In this document: in pieces, positions 1-9,989 of the stretch | How positions within the stretch are numbered: the first letter of the stretch is position 1 | Layout of the letters: every line of letters begins with the position of its first letter | NCBI GenBank assembly: GCA_040768745.1 | Contig: JAXGMI010000001.1 | Coordinates: forward strand, 992,001 to 1,056,000 | From: Desulfomicrobium sp. | GTDB lineage: Bacteria > Desulfobacterota > Desulfovibrionia > Desulfovibrionales > Desulfomicrobiaceae | Direction of reading: 5' to 3' | Length of the DNA: 64,000 nt | Position numbers and translations under genes: made by a program | Notes under the pieces: generated by a model | What the model was told of the DNA's origin: nothing | The model's database searches: none | Seen by the model: only the letters and a program-made list of their open reading frames with translations

Positions 1-600
1 GGCCTGCATCCCTGGTACGTGCGTGGGCGTGGTTCAGACTGGCTGGAAAAATTGGAGGAGTTGGTGGCCACCCATCCAGTGGGTGTTGGTGAAATTGGAC
101 TGGACAATGCCCTGGAGGAACGCAACGACGCTGCACAGGAGGAGGTTTTTCTGGCACAGATGGATCTGGCCGTGCGATACGGGCGGCCGGTGACCATCCA
201 TTGTCGGAAGGCCTTCGGGCGCTTGGTGGATCTGCTGCAAGGCATGCGTGAGCGCCCGCCGTTCATGATGCTGCACGCCTACGCCGGATCCCATGAGATG
301 GTCCCTGTACTGGAAAAGGCGGGCTGCCACATTTCCATCTGTGCCTCCATCACCCGCCCTGCGAACCGCAAGGCCCGAGCGGCCTGCGCCCGCGTCTCCA
401 GGGACCGTCTGCTGGTCGAATCCGACAGTCCGGCCATCGCCCCCATGGGAGTTGATTTCGAGCGCAATGAACCGGCCTATCTGCCGCTCATTGTCGAAGC
501 CTTGGCCGGGTTGCGGGGTGAAGATCCGGCAGAGGTGGCCGGGTACACTGCGGCCAATGCCCGAAAGTTTTTCGCCTGCTGCGGGAGGCCGAAACCATGA
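1..600 (+). CDS. tatD: TatD family metal-dependent hydrolase/nuclease (5' end outside window)
   Basis: Frame is open from base 1 (GLHPWY); motifs GEIGLD, HCR, HAY and ESDSP; stop overlaps the next start (ATGA). Confidence 0.9.
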   Translation, partial: GLHPWYVRGRGSDWLEKLEELVATHPVGVGEIGLDNALEERNDAAQEEVFLAQMDLAVRYGRPVTIHCRKAFGRLVDLLQGMRERPPFMMLHAYAGSHEMVPVLEKAGCHISICASITRPANRKARAACARVSRDRLLVESDSPAIAPMGVDFERNEPAYLPLIVEALAGLRGEDPAEVAGYTAANARKFFACCGRPKP

Positions 601-1346
601 TGCGTTTTGCCCGGACCATGCAACTCATCGGCGAGGACGGTCTTTCCCGACTGGGCGAGTCCACGGTGGCCGTGTTCGGTTTGGGCGCGGTGGGTTCCTA
701 CGTGGTGGAGGCCTTGGCCAGGGCCGGAGTTGGGAGCCTGGTCCTTTTCGATCACGACGTGGTCAGCCTCTCGAATATGAACCGGCAGCTTCTGGCTCTG
801 GAATCAACCATCGGCCAGGCCAAGGTCCGTGTGGCCAGGGACCGGATTTTGGACATCAACCCGAATTGCCGGGTGGAAGCCCGAGTGCAGTTTGTGGATG
901 GCGAAAACGTGGCCGGACTGCTGGAGCAGCGCTTCAACGTGCTGGTGGACGCTATTGACGGGGTCAATTCCAAGGTTAATCTGATTGTTGCAGCCCGGGA
1001 ATTGGGAATTCCCGTGGTGTCCAGCATGGGGGCCGCGGCCAAGCTCGATCCTTCCAAGATCGTCGCTGCAGACATTTCCAAGTCGTACATGTGCCCCCTG
1101 GCCCAGATCATCCGCAAACGCCTGCGTCGTCGGGGTGTGGTGAGCGGGGTTCGCTGTGTGTTCTCCACCGAACCGGCGCAAAACAAGAACGAACCTGTTG
1201 TCGAGGAGGCCCCGGAGCAAGGGCTGAGCGGTCGTCCGCGCGCACCCATAGGGTCCATATCCTATCTCACGGGCATGTTTGGGCTCTATGTGGCCAGTGA
1301 GGTCATACGTATCCTGCTTGATGTGCAGCCATCTGTCCGGTGTTGA
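597..1346 (+). CDS. tcdA: tRNA threonylcarbamoyladenosine dehydratase (ThiF/E1-like family)
   Basis: GLGAVGS nucleotide-binding loop, EALARAGVG, SNMNRQ, DAID, SSMGAA..LDP, CPLA..IRKRLR. Confidence 0.88.
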   Translation: MMRFARTMQLIGEDGLSRLGESTVAVFGLGAVGSYVVEALARAGVGSLVLFDHDVVSLSNMNRQLLALESTIGQAKVRVARDRILDINPNCRVEARVQFVDGENVAGLLEQRFNVLVDAIDGVNSKVNLIVAARELGIPVVSSMGAAAKLDPSKIVAADISKSYMCPLAQIIRKRLRRRGVVSGVRCVFSTEPAQNKNEPVVEEAPEQGLSGRPRAPIGSISYLTGMFGLYVASEVIRILLDVQPSVRC

Positions 1347-1357
1347 AGGAGTCCAGA

Positions 1358-1885
1358 ATGATGCGAACGCTTGTTGTCCTTGTGCTTATCCAGCTGGCTG
1401 GCTGTTCCTCAACTCAGGATTGGCGCACCGCCAGCCGCGAGCCTGCCGGAATCGCACCTGATCCTGCCGTAACACATGAAGCCGTTTTGCAGGTTTATGG
1501 GGCGGACGCCTGGGGCTGGAGGGGCTGGTTCGCCATCCACACGTGGGTCGCGGCCAAACGAACCGGGGAAGCAGCTTACACCGTCTATGAAGTCATTGGC
1601 TGGCGCGCTTCCCGGGGTCTGCCTGTCACGAGGATCGCCCAGGACGCCCCCGACAGGCATTGGTACGGTGCCCGTCCCAAGTTGCTCAGGGAGCATCGCG
1701 GGGAGGGTGTGGACGGCCTGATCGAGGCTGTGGACCTCGCAGCGCGAAACTATCCCTGGCAGAGCGAGTACAGGGCTTTCCCCGGCCCGAACAGCAACAC
1801 CTTCGTGGCCTGGATCGGCAAGCACGTGCCGCAGTTGGGCCTTGATCTGCCTTTTTCGGCTATTGGCAGCGGGTATGTGGATTGA
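1358..1885 (+). CDS. DUF3750-type lipoprotein
   Basis: Lipobox LAGC; W.TASR, WRGWFAIHTW, YEVIGW and PGPNSNTF motifs; AAGGAG RBS. Confidence 0.75.
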   Translation: MMRTLVVLVLIQLAGCSSTQDWRTASREPAGIAPDPAVTHEAVLQVYGADAWGWRGWFAIHTWVAAKRTGEAAYTVYEVIGWRASRGLPVTRIAQDAPDRHWYGARPKLLREHRGEGVDGLIEAVDLAARNYPWQSEYRAFPGPNSNTFVAWIGKHVPQLGLDLPFSAIGSGYVD

Positions 1886-1990
1886 CCGGAATGGGCGCGG
1901 AAGCGTCATTGACGATTTCAAAAGAACTGCCGTATTTCGCTTCCTGAATAATTTTGCGCTTTCCCAGCACCCTTGAACCACGAGAATCCC

Positions 1991-3160
1991 ATGCCGCCCA
2001 GGTTGTTCATCCTATGCGCCCTGTTCCTGCTCTTGATCACCCTGCCGGCTTCGGCACAGGAAAAATCCACCGGCAAACCGGCACCCAAGGCCGCTCCGGT
2101 GGTGGCCGGAGAGACCGTGCGCAGGAGCGTGCCCGTGCTGCTTGCGGCCATTGGCACGGTGGAGGCCAGCGAGGTGGTCGAAATCAAAGCCCGCATCAGC
2201 GGGTTGTTGCAGAAAGTCCACTTTGTGGAAGGCCAGGACGTGCACAGGGGGGACCTCCTTTTTTCCATTGACTCTCGCGACCTGGAGGCAAAACTTCGAT
2301 CGGCCAGGGCTGATCTGGATCGCAGCCGGGCCAAGCTGGCCAAGGCCGAGGAGGACAAGCGCCGGTTTGACAGGCTGCTTGACAAGGGCATCATCAGCCG
2401 GGACCAGCAGGAAACCACCGCTACGGCGCTGTCCGCCCTGCAGGCAGAGATCCGTGCAGGGGAGGCGTCAGTGGAGGCGGCAAAGGTCGAACTGTCCCAT
2501 GCGGAAATCCGCTCACCCATCAATGGCCGCGCCGGAGCACTCCAGCTCCATGCCGGAAACATGGTCAAGGCCAACGCCGATACGGCCATGGTCGTCCTGT
2601 ACTGCGTGGAACCAGTCAACGTGCGCTTTTCCCTGCCCGAGATGCACCTTGCGACCATCATGAAGGGACAGAACGCTGGCCCTTTAAAGGTTCAGACCAA
2701 ACCAGCCGGTGCGGATGAAACCGTTCCCGGCGTTCTCTATTTCATTGACAGCAGCGTGGATGCAGGGACTGGCACGATCGCCCTCAAGGCCCGCTTCGCC
2801 AATGCCAAACGGCTGCTGTGGCCAGGACAGTTTGCCGATGTAACCCTGGAGGTGGGGGCCCTGCAGGACGCCGTGCTCGTGCCGGCCCAGGCCGTGACCC
2901 CTGGGGCTGAAGGGGAATTCGTCTATATCATCCGGCCGGACAACACCGTGGAGTACCGGGTGGTCAAAACCGGGCAGCGCCATGACGGCCATGTGGTGGT
3001 AACATCTGGTCTCGACGGCGGGGAACGGGTCGTCCTGGAAGGACATCTGCGCCTTGCGCCAGGCGCTGCAGTGGCCATTCGTTCGGGCGACGGCCAGGCT
3101 ACAGCGGGAACCCCGGCAGACAGCAAGGGCACGGCCGCGATGCCCGGAGCCAAGCAATGA
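1991..3160 (+). CDS. RND efflux periplasmic adaptor (MFP, MdtA-like)
   Basis: N-terminal signal/TM segment; EGQDV..GDLLF.ID, IRSPINGR, TGTI.LKA.F.N, LWPGQF. Confidence 0.92.
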   Translation: MPPRLFILCALFLLLITLPASAQEKSTGKPAPKAAPVVAGETVRRSVPVLLAAIGTVEASEVVEIKARISGLLQKVHFVEGQDVHRGDLLFSIDSRDLEAKLRSARADLDRSRAKLAKAEEDKRRFDRLLDKGIISRDQQETTATALSALQAEIRAGEASVEAAKVELSHAEIRSPINGRAGALQLHAGNMVKANADTAMVVLYCVEPVNVRFSLPEMHLATIMKGQNAGPLKVQTKPAGADETVPGVLYFIDSSVDAGTGTIALKARFANAKRLLWPGQFADVTLEVGALQDAVLVPAQAVTPGAEGEFVYIIRPDNTVEYRVVKTGQRHDGHVVVTSGLDGGERVVLEGHLRLAPGAAVAIRSGDGQATAGTPADSKGTAAMPGAKQ

Positions 3161-6100
3161 ATATTGCCGCGCTTTTCATCCGCAGACCGGTGACCACGAC
3201 CCTGGTCATGCTGGCCATCCTTCTCTTTGGGGTCATGAGCTACCGTATCCTGCCGGTTAGCGACCTGCCCAATGTGGATTTCCCGACCATTCAGGTCTCG
3301 GCCAACCTGCCCGGGGCCAGTCCGGAAACCATGGCCTCCAGCGTGGCAACCCCCCTGGAACGCCAGTTTGCGACCATCGCGGGCATTGATTTCATCAGTT
3401 CAACCAATACACTGGGCTCCACCCGCATCACTTTGCAGTTCGCCCTGGAGAGGGACATTGACGCAGCGGCCCAGGACGTGCAGGCAGCCATTTCCAAGGT
3501 TCAGCGCCAGCTCCCGGACGACATGACCAGCCCGCCGTCCTATCAGAAGATCAATCCTGCCGATTCACCCATCTTCTACCTGAGCCTGGCGTCCAACACC
3601 CTGCCCATGTCCCAGATCAACGAATACGCAGACACCATCATTGCTCCGCGCATCTCCATGATCAGTGGCGTGGCCCAGGTATCGATCTACGGGGCCAAGA
3701 AATATGCGGTGCGGGTCCAACTCGATCCCAAGTCCCTGGCCAGCCGCGACGTGGGACTGGACGAAGTGGCCACGGCCATTGACCACGCCAACGTCAATCT
3801 GCCCACGGGCACTCTCTACGGACCCCACACGGCCCTGAACGTGCAGGCCAGCGGCAAGCTCATGGATGCGGCCGCCTACAGGCCGCTCATTGTCGCCTGG
3901 CGCAACGGCGCACCTGTTCGTTTGGCCGATCTGGGTCAGGTCCTGGACAGTGTTGAGAACGACAAGATCGCCAGCTGGCGTGTTGACACCAGATCCATCA
4001 CCCTGGCCGTGCAGCGTCAGCCCGGAACCAATACCGTGGAAGTGGTGGACAACATCCGCAAGCTCCTGCCGACATTTGCGGAGCAGATCCCTGCGGCAGT
4101 GGGTCTGTCCGTGATTTACGACCGCTCCGAGTCCATCCGCGAGTCCGTGGAGGACGTGAAATTCACCCTGGTCCTGACCATGTGCCTGGTGGTGGGGGTC
4201 ATCTTCGTCTTCCTGCGCAACGTGCGGGCCACCGTCATTCCCAGCCTGGCCCTGCCCATGTCCGTGATAGGGACCTTCGCGGTCATGCACCTGTTCGGCT
4301 TTTCCCTGGACAATCTGTCCCTCATGGCCCTGACCCTGGCCGTGGGCTTTGTGGTCGATGATGCCATCGTCATGCTGGAAAATATTGTTCGCCATCTGGA
4401 AATGGGCAAGCCCGTGCTCAAGGCGGCTTTTGATGGGTCCAGGGAGATTTCTTTCACCATTTTGTCCATGACTATCTCCCTGGCCGCAGTTTTCATCCCG
4501 GTTCTGTTCATGGGCGGGATCGTGGGCCGGCTGTTCAGGGAGTTCGCCGTGGTCATTTCCGTGGCCATCCTCATTTCCGGCTTCATCTCCCTGAGCTTGA
4601 CCCCCATGCTCTGTTCCCTGTTCCTGAAGGAAAAGCATGAGGTCCGGCACAGTCTCATGTTCAGGGCCTCGGAAAAGATTTTTGACGGGCTTCTGGCCCT
4701 TTACCGCTGGAGCCTCAGCGCCTGTCTGCGCCATCACGTGCTGACCTTTGGGGTGTCCCTGGCCGTGCTGGGTGCGACAGTCGTCCTGTTCCGCGACATG
4801 CCCAAGGGCTTTCTCCCCAGCCAGGACACCGGGCAGATCACCGGCGTGACAGAGGCGGTGCAGGGCATCAGCTACGATCACATGGTTAGCCAGCAGCTCG
4901 CCTTGCACGAGGTCCTGCGCAATGAGCCGACCGTGGCCACGTTCATGTCCGTGGTCGGCGGCGGTGGCCCCAACTCGGCCGGCAATTCGGGCCGGTTGAT
5001 GGTCCGCCTGAAGAATCTGGACGAGCGCAACGAGACAGCGGACCAGATCATCGCCAAGCTCCGCCCCAAGTTGAACACCCTGCCGGGCATCCAGACCTTT
5101 CTGGTCAATCCTCCGGCCATCAACGTCGGCGGTCGCAGTTCCAAGAGCCTGTATCAGTATACACTGCAAAGCCCTGACACAGCGGAACTGTACCGCCAAG
5201 CCGTGGTCATGGAGGAGAACCTCAAGGGCCTGTCCCAACTCCAGGACGTGACCAGCGACCTTCAGCTCAAGAATCCCGAAGTGCGCCTTCAGATCAACCG
5301 CGACAAGGCTGCCAGCCTGGGTGTCACTCCACGACAGGTTGAACTGGCCCTGCAATCCGCCTTTGGTACGCGGGAGGTCTCGACCATCTACGCTCCAACC
5401 AACAATTATTCCGTGATCATGGAGCTGGCCCCTGAGTATCGGCGCGATCCCTCGGATCTGTCCCTGCTGTACGTGCGGACCTCGGGCGGGACTCTTGCCC
5501 CCATCGAGACCGTGGTCGACTCCACCCTTGGCGTCGGTCCGCTTTCGGTCAACCATTCCGGGCAGCTGCCTTCGGTGACCATTTCTTTCAACCTCCGGCC
5601 CGGAGTTTCCCTGGGTGAGGCCACGGCTGCTGTGGAAGCCGTGGCGGCCAATATCCTGCCGGATACCATCAGCGCCAGTTTTCAGGGTACGGCCCAGGCC
5701 TTTCAGAGTTCGTTGCAGAACATGAGCCTGCTCCTGATCCTGGCTGTGTTCGTCATCTACATCGTGCTGGGCATCCTTTACGAATCCTTCATCCATCCCC
5801 TGACCATTCTCTCGGGTCTGCCCTCGGCTGGATTCGGGGCGCTGCTGACCCTCAAGTTTTTTGGCATGGACCTGAACATCTACGGGTTTGTCGGCATCAT
5901 CATGCTCATCGGCATTGTCAAGAAGAACGCCATCATGATGATCGACTTCGCCCTGGAAGCCCAGCGCGAGGCCGGAAAGAGTCCTGTCGAGGCCATCTTT
6001 CAGGGTTGCCTGGTCCGTTTTCGGCCCATCATGATGACGACCATGGCCGCCATCATGGGCACCCTGCCCATCGCGGTAGGCTATGGCGCAGGCGGAGAGT

Positions 6101-6318
6101 CCCGCCAGCCGCTGGGACTTTGCGTGGTCGGCGGGCTGGTCACCTCCCAGTTGCTGACACTGTACATCACGCCGGTCTATTACATGTATCTGGACAAAAT
6201 GGGCCGCCTGGTGGGCAGGATTTTCGGCCGCAGGGATGCGTCAGCGCATGCGGCGGCCGAAGAAGGCCGCGCCGAGGATGATGGTCATGCCCGCCACGGC
6301 GTGGGCGGTCACGGCTGA
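3157..6318 (+). CDS. RND efflux permease (AcrB/MdtB-MdtC-like)
   Basis: 1053 aa; FIRRPV, LPNVDFPTI, GFVVDDAIV, GIVKKNAIMMIDFA, RFRPIMMTT; coupled to the MFP gene by an ATGA overlap. Confidence 0.95.
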   Translation: MNIAALFIRRPVTTTLVMLAILLFGVMSYRILPVSDLPNVDFPTIQVSANLPGASPETMASSVATPLERQFATIAGIDFISSTNTLGSTRITLQFALERDIDAAAQDVQAAISKVQRQLPDDMTSPPSYQKINPADSPIFYLSLASNTLPMSQINEYADTIIAPRISMISGVAQVSIYGAKKYAVRVQLDPKSLASRDVGLDEVATAIDHANVNLPTGTLYGPHTALNVQASGKLMDAAAYRPLIVAWRNGAPVRLADLGQVLDSVENDKIASWRVDTRSITLAVQRQPGTNTVEVVDNIRKLLPTFAEQIPAAVGLSVIYDRSESIRESVEDVKFTLVLTMCLVVGVIFVFLRNVRATVIPSLALPMSVIGTFAVMHLFGFSLDNLSLMALTLAVGFVVDDAIVMLENIVRHLEMGKPVLKAAFDGSREISFTILSMTISLAAVFIPVLFMGGIVGRLFREFAVVISVAILISGFISLSLTPMLCSLFLKEKHEVRHSLMFRASEKIFDGLLALYRWSLSACLRHHVLTFGVSLAVLGATVVLFRDMPKGFLPSQDTGQITGVTEAVQGISYDHMVSQQLALHEVLRNEPTVATFMSVVGGGGPNSAGNSGRLMVRLKNLDERNETADQIIAKLRPKLNTLPGIQTFLVNPPAINVGGRSSKSLYQYTLQSPDTAELYRQAVVMEENLKGLSQLQDVTSDLQLKNPEVRLQINRDKAASLGVTPRQVELALQSAFGTREVSTIYAPTNNYSVIMELAPEYRRDPSDLSLLYVRTSGGTLAPIETVVDSTLGVGPLSVNHSGQLPSVTISFNLRPGVSLGEATAAVEAVAANILPDTISASFQGTAQAFQSSLQNMSLLLILAVFVIYIVLGILYESFIHPLTILSGLPSAGFGALLTLKFFGMDLNIYGFVGIIMLIGIVKKNAIMMIDFALEAQREAGKSPVEAIFQGCLVRFRPIMMTTMAAIMGTLPIAVGYGAGGESRQPLGLCVVGGLVTSQLLTLYITPVYYMYLDKMGRLVGRIFGRRDASAHAAAEEGRAEDDGHARHGVGGHG

Positions 6319-7086
6319 TCCGCGGACCACGGCCGCCAGCAGTACGGCCAGGGGTGGGGTTAAATAGGACAGATACCCGATGAGGACCATGCTCCCGGTG
6401 GTTACGGCGCGGTTCCAGAGGGTGAAGGACAGGCCCAGAGGCACCAGTCCCAGGTACACAGCCGAAAGCAGGGCTTTGGGATCGGGCAAGTGATCGGGGG
6501 CGCTGGTTGCGAAGACCAAGGTCGAGGCCAGGGCCGCCAGCACAGTGAAGGCGGGCATGTAGTCGCGTTGCGGCTTAAGGCGCGAAAGGGCCACGGAGAA
6601 GCCGCTCCAGATCAGACCGCAGGAAAGGGCCAGTAGATATCCGGGGAGAAAGCGGGGATCGAAGTGCAGGTCGCGCCCCCCCGAAACCACCAGGCCGGCG
6701 CCGAAAAGGCCGGCCAGGGCCACGGCCAGAACGGGCCACGACAGGCGTCTCGCGGCCAGGACGGAGGAAAAGACCACGATCCAGAAGGACCACGTCGTGG
6801 TCAGGATGGCCCCCTCCACCAGCGGGGCATGGTCCAGGGCCAGGTAGTAGACCGCGTGGTAGCCAAAGATTCCGCATAGTCCCAGACCCGCCAGCTTGAG
6901 GTCGGGCCAGGGGATGGACAGGCGGCGGGAGAGGACCATTTCCTGGGCCGAGAGATAGACCGCGGCCGGAACAAAGCTGAAGAAAAGAAGCTCGGGCACC
7001 GCGAGTCCTTCCAGGCCGCTGCCCGTGGCTGCGGGAAGGCTTGCCCAGCAAAGGACAGCACCCAGGGCGTACACGTACGGCTTCAT
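6241..7086 (-). CDS. EamA/DMT family transporter
   Basis: About 10 hydrophobic segments in two repeats; YLGLVP.GLSF.LWN and YLTP motifs; GGAGG RBS. Confidence 0.85.
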   Translation of the reverse strand: MKPYVYALGAVLCWASLPAATGSGLEGLAVPELLFFSFVPAAVYLSAQEMVLSRRLSIPWPDLKLAGLGLCGIFGYHAVYYLALDHAPLVEGAILTTTWSFWIVVFSSVLAARRLSWPVLAVALAGLFGAGLVVSGGRDLHFDPRFLPGYLLALSCGLIWSGFSVALSRLKPQRDYMPAFTVLAALASTLVFATSAPDHLPDPKALLSAVYLGLVPLGLSFTLWNRAVTTGSMVLIGYLSYLTPPLAVLLAAVVRGSAVTAHAVAGMTIILGAAFFGRRMR

Positions 7087-7101
7087 TGCCTCCCCGCTAT
7101 C

Positions 7102-7461
7102 CTAGAAGAGCTTGCAGCCGAGCTTGGCGTCAACCGCCGGGCTGACGAAGGTCGCCTCCCCACTCTCCTTGCCCGGAAACTGCACGCCCAGCACCAGCAC
7201 TTCCGAAACAACCTCCCCCATGGGCCTGGGAGGGAAATTGAGCACACCCAGCACCAGCCGTCCCACGACCTCGTCCAGGGGATGGGAAGTGAACCGCCCA
7301 TAGCCGGTGCGCAGGCCGAATTTTCCGAAATCAATGTCCATCCTGTACGTCGGCTTGGGTGTCTTCGCGCAGGGCTCCGCAGAAACGACGCGCCCCAATC
7401 GAATGTCCAGCAAGGAAAAAGAGTTGTCAAAAGATACCATCGGTTTTGTCTGCGCAGCCAT
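7102..7461 (-). CDS. csaA: tRNA-binding OB-fold protein (CsaA/Trbp111-like)
   Basis: LDIRLGRV, IDFG, NFPPR and SEVLVLG motifs; AAGGAGG RBS. Confidence 0.8.
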   Translation of the reverse strand: MAAQTKPMVSFDNSFSLLDIRLGRVVSAEPCAKTPKPTYRMDIDFGKFGLRTGYGRFTSHPLDEVVGRLVLGVLNFPPRPMGEVVSEVLVLGVQFPGKESGEATFVSPAVDAKLGCKLF

Positions 7462-8605
7462 GAAGCCCTCCTTGAGTGTTGGTCTGGTCTTTCCGGACCT
7501 GGGCCGGGGTCAGCGCTTCGTCCCGGTTCAGCAGGACGCTTTTTTCCCAGTCCTTCTGCGCTTCGCGCGTTTCCGCCCAGGTCAGGTTGTCCGTGAAATT
7601 GTGCGGGGAGGCAGGATTGACCGTAACGGTCCACTCAGCTTCCCCTTGCCGCACCACGACCTCAACCATGCCGCCGTGTCTCCTGGCCTTGGCTGAGAAA
7701 CAGGCCAGACAGGTCGCGGCTTCGTGCAGGACATCTTCCCTCCACACCTGACCCGGCACCTGCCGTCCGACGGCATGGGGGCCGGGGAAGCTCTTCAGCA
7801 TGAAGACGTAGTCATCGGACCTGGTCAGCTCCTGCAGCCTTTCGTTGTCCTTTTGCTCCCGACCCATGACCAGCCAGTGACCGGTGGCATGTCCTGCCAG
7901 CCTGCGCCAGAGCTGGCGGCCGACATTGGCCAGGACAAAATCTCCTGATTGCGGATTGGGGAAGGTTTGCATGACAGGCCAGTAGCGCCGGGCCGATTCC
8001 CGTTCTCCCAGGCGGCAGGCTCCGGCCTGGGGCGGAATCGTGGTCACCCCCAGGATCTTGGCAAGCTGATATTGACTCTTTCGACCCCGGCCACACAGGG
8101 CGGGGAGTTTAGCGCGGTCCACCACGCCAGATTCTTCCATCGGTGTAGGCGGGAGCAGCCCCGCACTCAAAGGCCGCAGGAGAATGTCGTGAACCTGGGC
8201 CTCGTTGCGGATGACGTTCAGAGTGTCGGCGCGTTGGGACATGGGACGCTGGCCTAGAACTTCTCCGGTGATCAGGAATTTGGCGCCGTACTGTGGCAAA
8301 AGTTTTTTGGCCAGGCGCAGCATGAGAATCTTGCAGTCCACGCAGGGATTCATGACTTTGCCGAAGCCGTGGGGGGGAAAGGCGGCCATGAGGTCCACGA
8401 ATTCCTGGCCGATGTCGATGATGTCAATGGGCAGTCCGTAAGTGCGCACCCATCCGGGGACACGTTCGGGACGCCCGAAAAAAGGGCTGATAAAATGCAA
8501 TCCCAGGACCTTGTGCCCAAGACCCTGGATCAGTTTGCTGGCAAGAATGCCATCCAGGCCGCCGGAAAAAAGGGACAGGGCATCATACTGTTCATTCATG
8601 CCCAA
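7427..8605 (-). CDS. PP-loop tRNA sulfurtransferase-like protein (ThiI/MnmA-related)
   Basis: SGGLDG PP-loop variant, NPCVDCK, TGEVLGQRPMSQ, LLRPLSA, GRGRK.Q. Confidence 0.75.
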   Translation of the reverse strand: MGMNEQYDALSLFSGGLDGILASKLIQGLGHKVLGLHFISPFFGRPERVPGWVRTYGLPIDIIDIGQEFVDLMAAFPPHGFGKVMNPCVDCKILMLRLAKKLLPQYGAKFLITGEVLGQRPMSQRADTLNVIRNEAQVHDILLRPLSAGLLPPTPMEESGVVDRAKLPALCGRGRKSQYQLAKILGVTTIPPQAGACRLGERESARRYWPVMQTFPNPQSGDFVLANVGRQLWRRLAGHATGHWLVMGREQKDNERLQELTRSDDYVFMLKSFPGPHAVGRQVPGQVWREDVLHEAATCLACFSAKARRHGGMVEVVVRQGEAEWTVTVNPASPHNFTDNLTWAETREAQKDWEKSVLLNRDEALTPAQVRKDQTNTQGGLHGCADKTDGIF

Positions 8606-8893
8606 GCTGCCTAGACAATGGCGGGATGCGAGGCAAGAGGCATTGTCGGGTGTACCGCTTGCAGAAGGGTGATCCGGAATGCCTGTCTCAAGACCGCGGA
8701 TTCAGGCAAGGCCGCCCTGGATGGCACGTCAGTTTCGGCGGAAGAAAATCATCCGGGGTTTGGTTTCTGGTCTGGATTGGTTGAGGAATGTTCTCAGTCC
8801 AGGGGTATCTGGAGAATTGTCTTCCAACCCCATATTTGCTACGAGCCATTGCCTTCCCATATTTTCGAACCCCCAACTTTCACGGAGCACGCC

Positions 8894-9952
8894 ATGGCCC
8901 GACCCAAAACTTCTTCCCCTGAGGACGCCCGCCGCGAGGCGTTGGAAACCGCGCTGGCCACCATCGAGCGGCGTTACGGCCAGGGCTCGGTCATGCGTCT
9001 CTCCGACACCACTCACCAGGTCGTGCCGGTTATTCCCACAGGTTCCATCGGGCTGGACCTGGCCCTGGGCGTCGGCGGCATTCCGCGCGGCCGGGTGACG
9101 GAAATTTTCGGTCCTGAGTCCTCGGGCAAGACCACCCAGGCCCTGCACATCATCGCCGAGGCCCAGAAGCTCGGAGGCGTAGCGGCATTCATCGACGCTG
9201 AACATGCGTTGGACATCAACTATGCCCGTCGACTCGGGGTCAAAACCGAGGATCTCCTCATCTCCCAGCCTGACTATGGCGAACAGGCCCTTGAAATCGC
9301 GGACATGCTCGTCCGTTCCGGGGCCGTGGACGTGGTCGTTGTGGACTCTGTTGCCGCCCTCATCCCGCAGGCCGAGCTGGAAGGAAGCATGGGCGAGACC
9401 CAGGTCGGAACACAGGCCCGGCTCATGTCCCACGCCATGCGCAAGCTGACCGGCACCATCCACAAATCCCGCACCGCCATCATCTTTATCAACCAGCTGC
9501 GCATGAAGATCGGCATGACCGGCTACGGCAGCCCGGAAACCACGACCGGCGGCAATGCCCTCAAGTTCTACGCTTCGGTGCGCCTGGACGTGCGCCGCAT
9601 CCAGACTCTGAAGGACAAGGAAGAGTCGTACGGCAACCGGGTGCGTGTGAAGGTCGTCAAGAATAAGATGGCTCCGCCCTTCCGCGAGGCCGAATACGAT
9701 ATTCTGTTCGGCACCGGGATCTCTCGTGTGGGCGAACTGCTGGATCTGGGCGTGGACAATGGCATTGTTGACAAGAGCGGGGCGTGGTTCGCTTTTGGAT
9801 CTGAGCGCCTGGGTCAGGGCAAGGAAAATGTGCGCGCATTTTTGCAGGATAACGACGATCTGCGTCTGCAGATCGAGCGGGCTCTGCTCGAACACCTGGG
9901 CATGCCGGTGCCTGAGCAGGCTTCGGCTGCGCCCGAGGTTTCGGAAGACTAA
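8894..9952 (+). CDS. recA: Recombinase RecA
   Basis: GPESSGKTT Walker [34 protein letters not shown] before the ATG at 8894. Confidence 0.99.
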   Translation: MARPKTSSPEDARREALETALATIERRYGQGSVMRLSDTTHQVVPVIPTGSIGLDLALGVGGIPRGRVTEIFGPESSGKTTQALHIIAEAQKLGGVAAFIDAEHALDINYARRLGVKTEDLLISQPDYGEQALEIADMLVRSGAVDVVVVDSVAALIPQAELEGSMGETQVGTQARLMSHAMRKLTGTIHKSRTAIIFINQLRMKIGMTGYGSPETTTGGNALKFYASVRLDVRRIQTLKDKEESYGNRVRVKVVKNKMAPPFREAEYDILFGTGISRVGELLDLGVDNGIVDKSGAWFAFGSERLGQGKENVRAFLQDNDDLRLQIERALLEHLGMPVPEQASAAPEVSED

Positions 9953-9989
9953 TCCCGCCCTCCATGGGCCAAAAATAACGAGGTACAAC

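Noticed and set aside
1340..1346. Selenocysteine read-through at Cys-TGA gene ends (tcdA, folD)
   Set aside because: Both proteins are already full length at these stops, and I see no SECIS-like hairpin or conserved extension.
3565..5796. Long antisense or alternate-frame ORFs (e.g. 3565-5796 -, 10587-12476 -, 26559-28538 +, 28528-30729 -, 40174-42198 +, 42835-44577 -, 46694-48529 -)
   Set aside because: They shadow well-supported genes, have no recognisable motifs, and are expected from stop-codon scarcity in high-GC coding DNA.
8606..8893. LexA box or 92-codon N-terminal extension upstream of recA
   Set aside because: No SOS box I can recognise, only an imperfect hairpin near 8779-8830; the RBS and RecA homology support the start at 8894.
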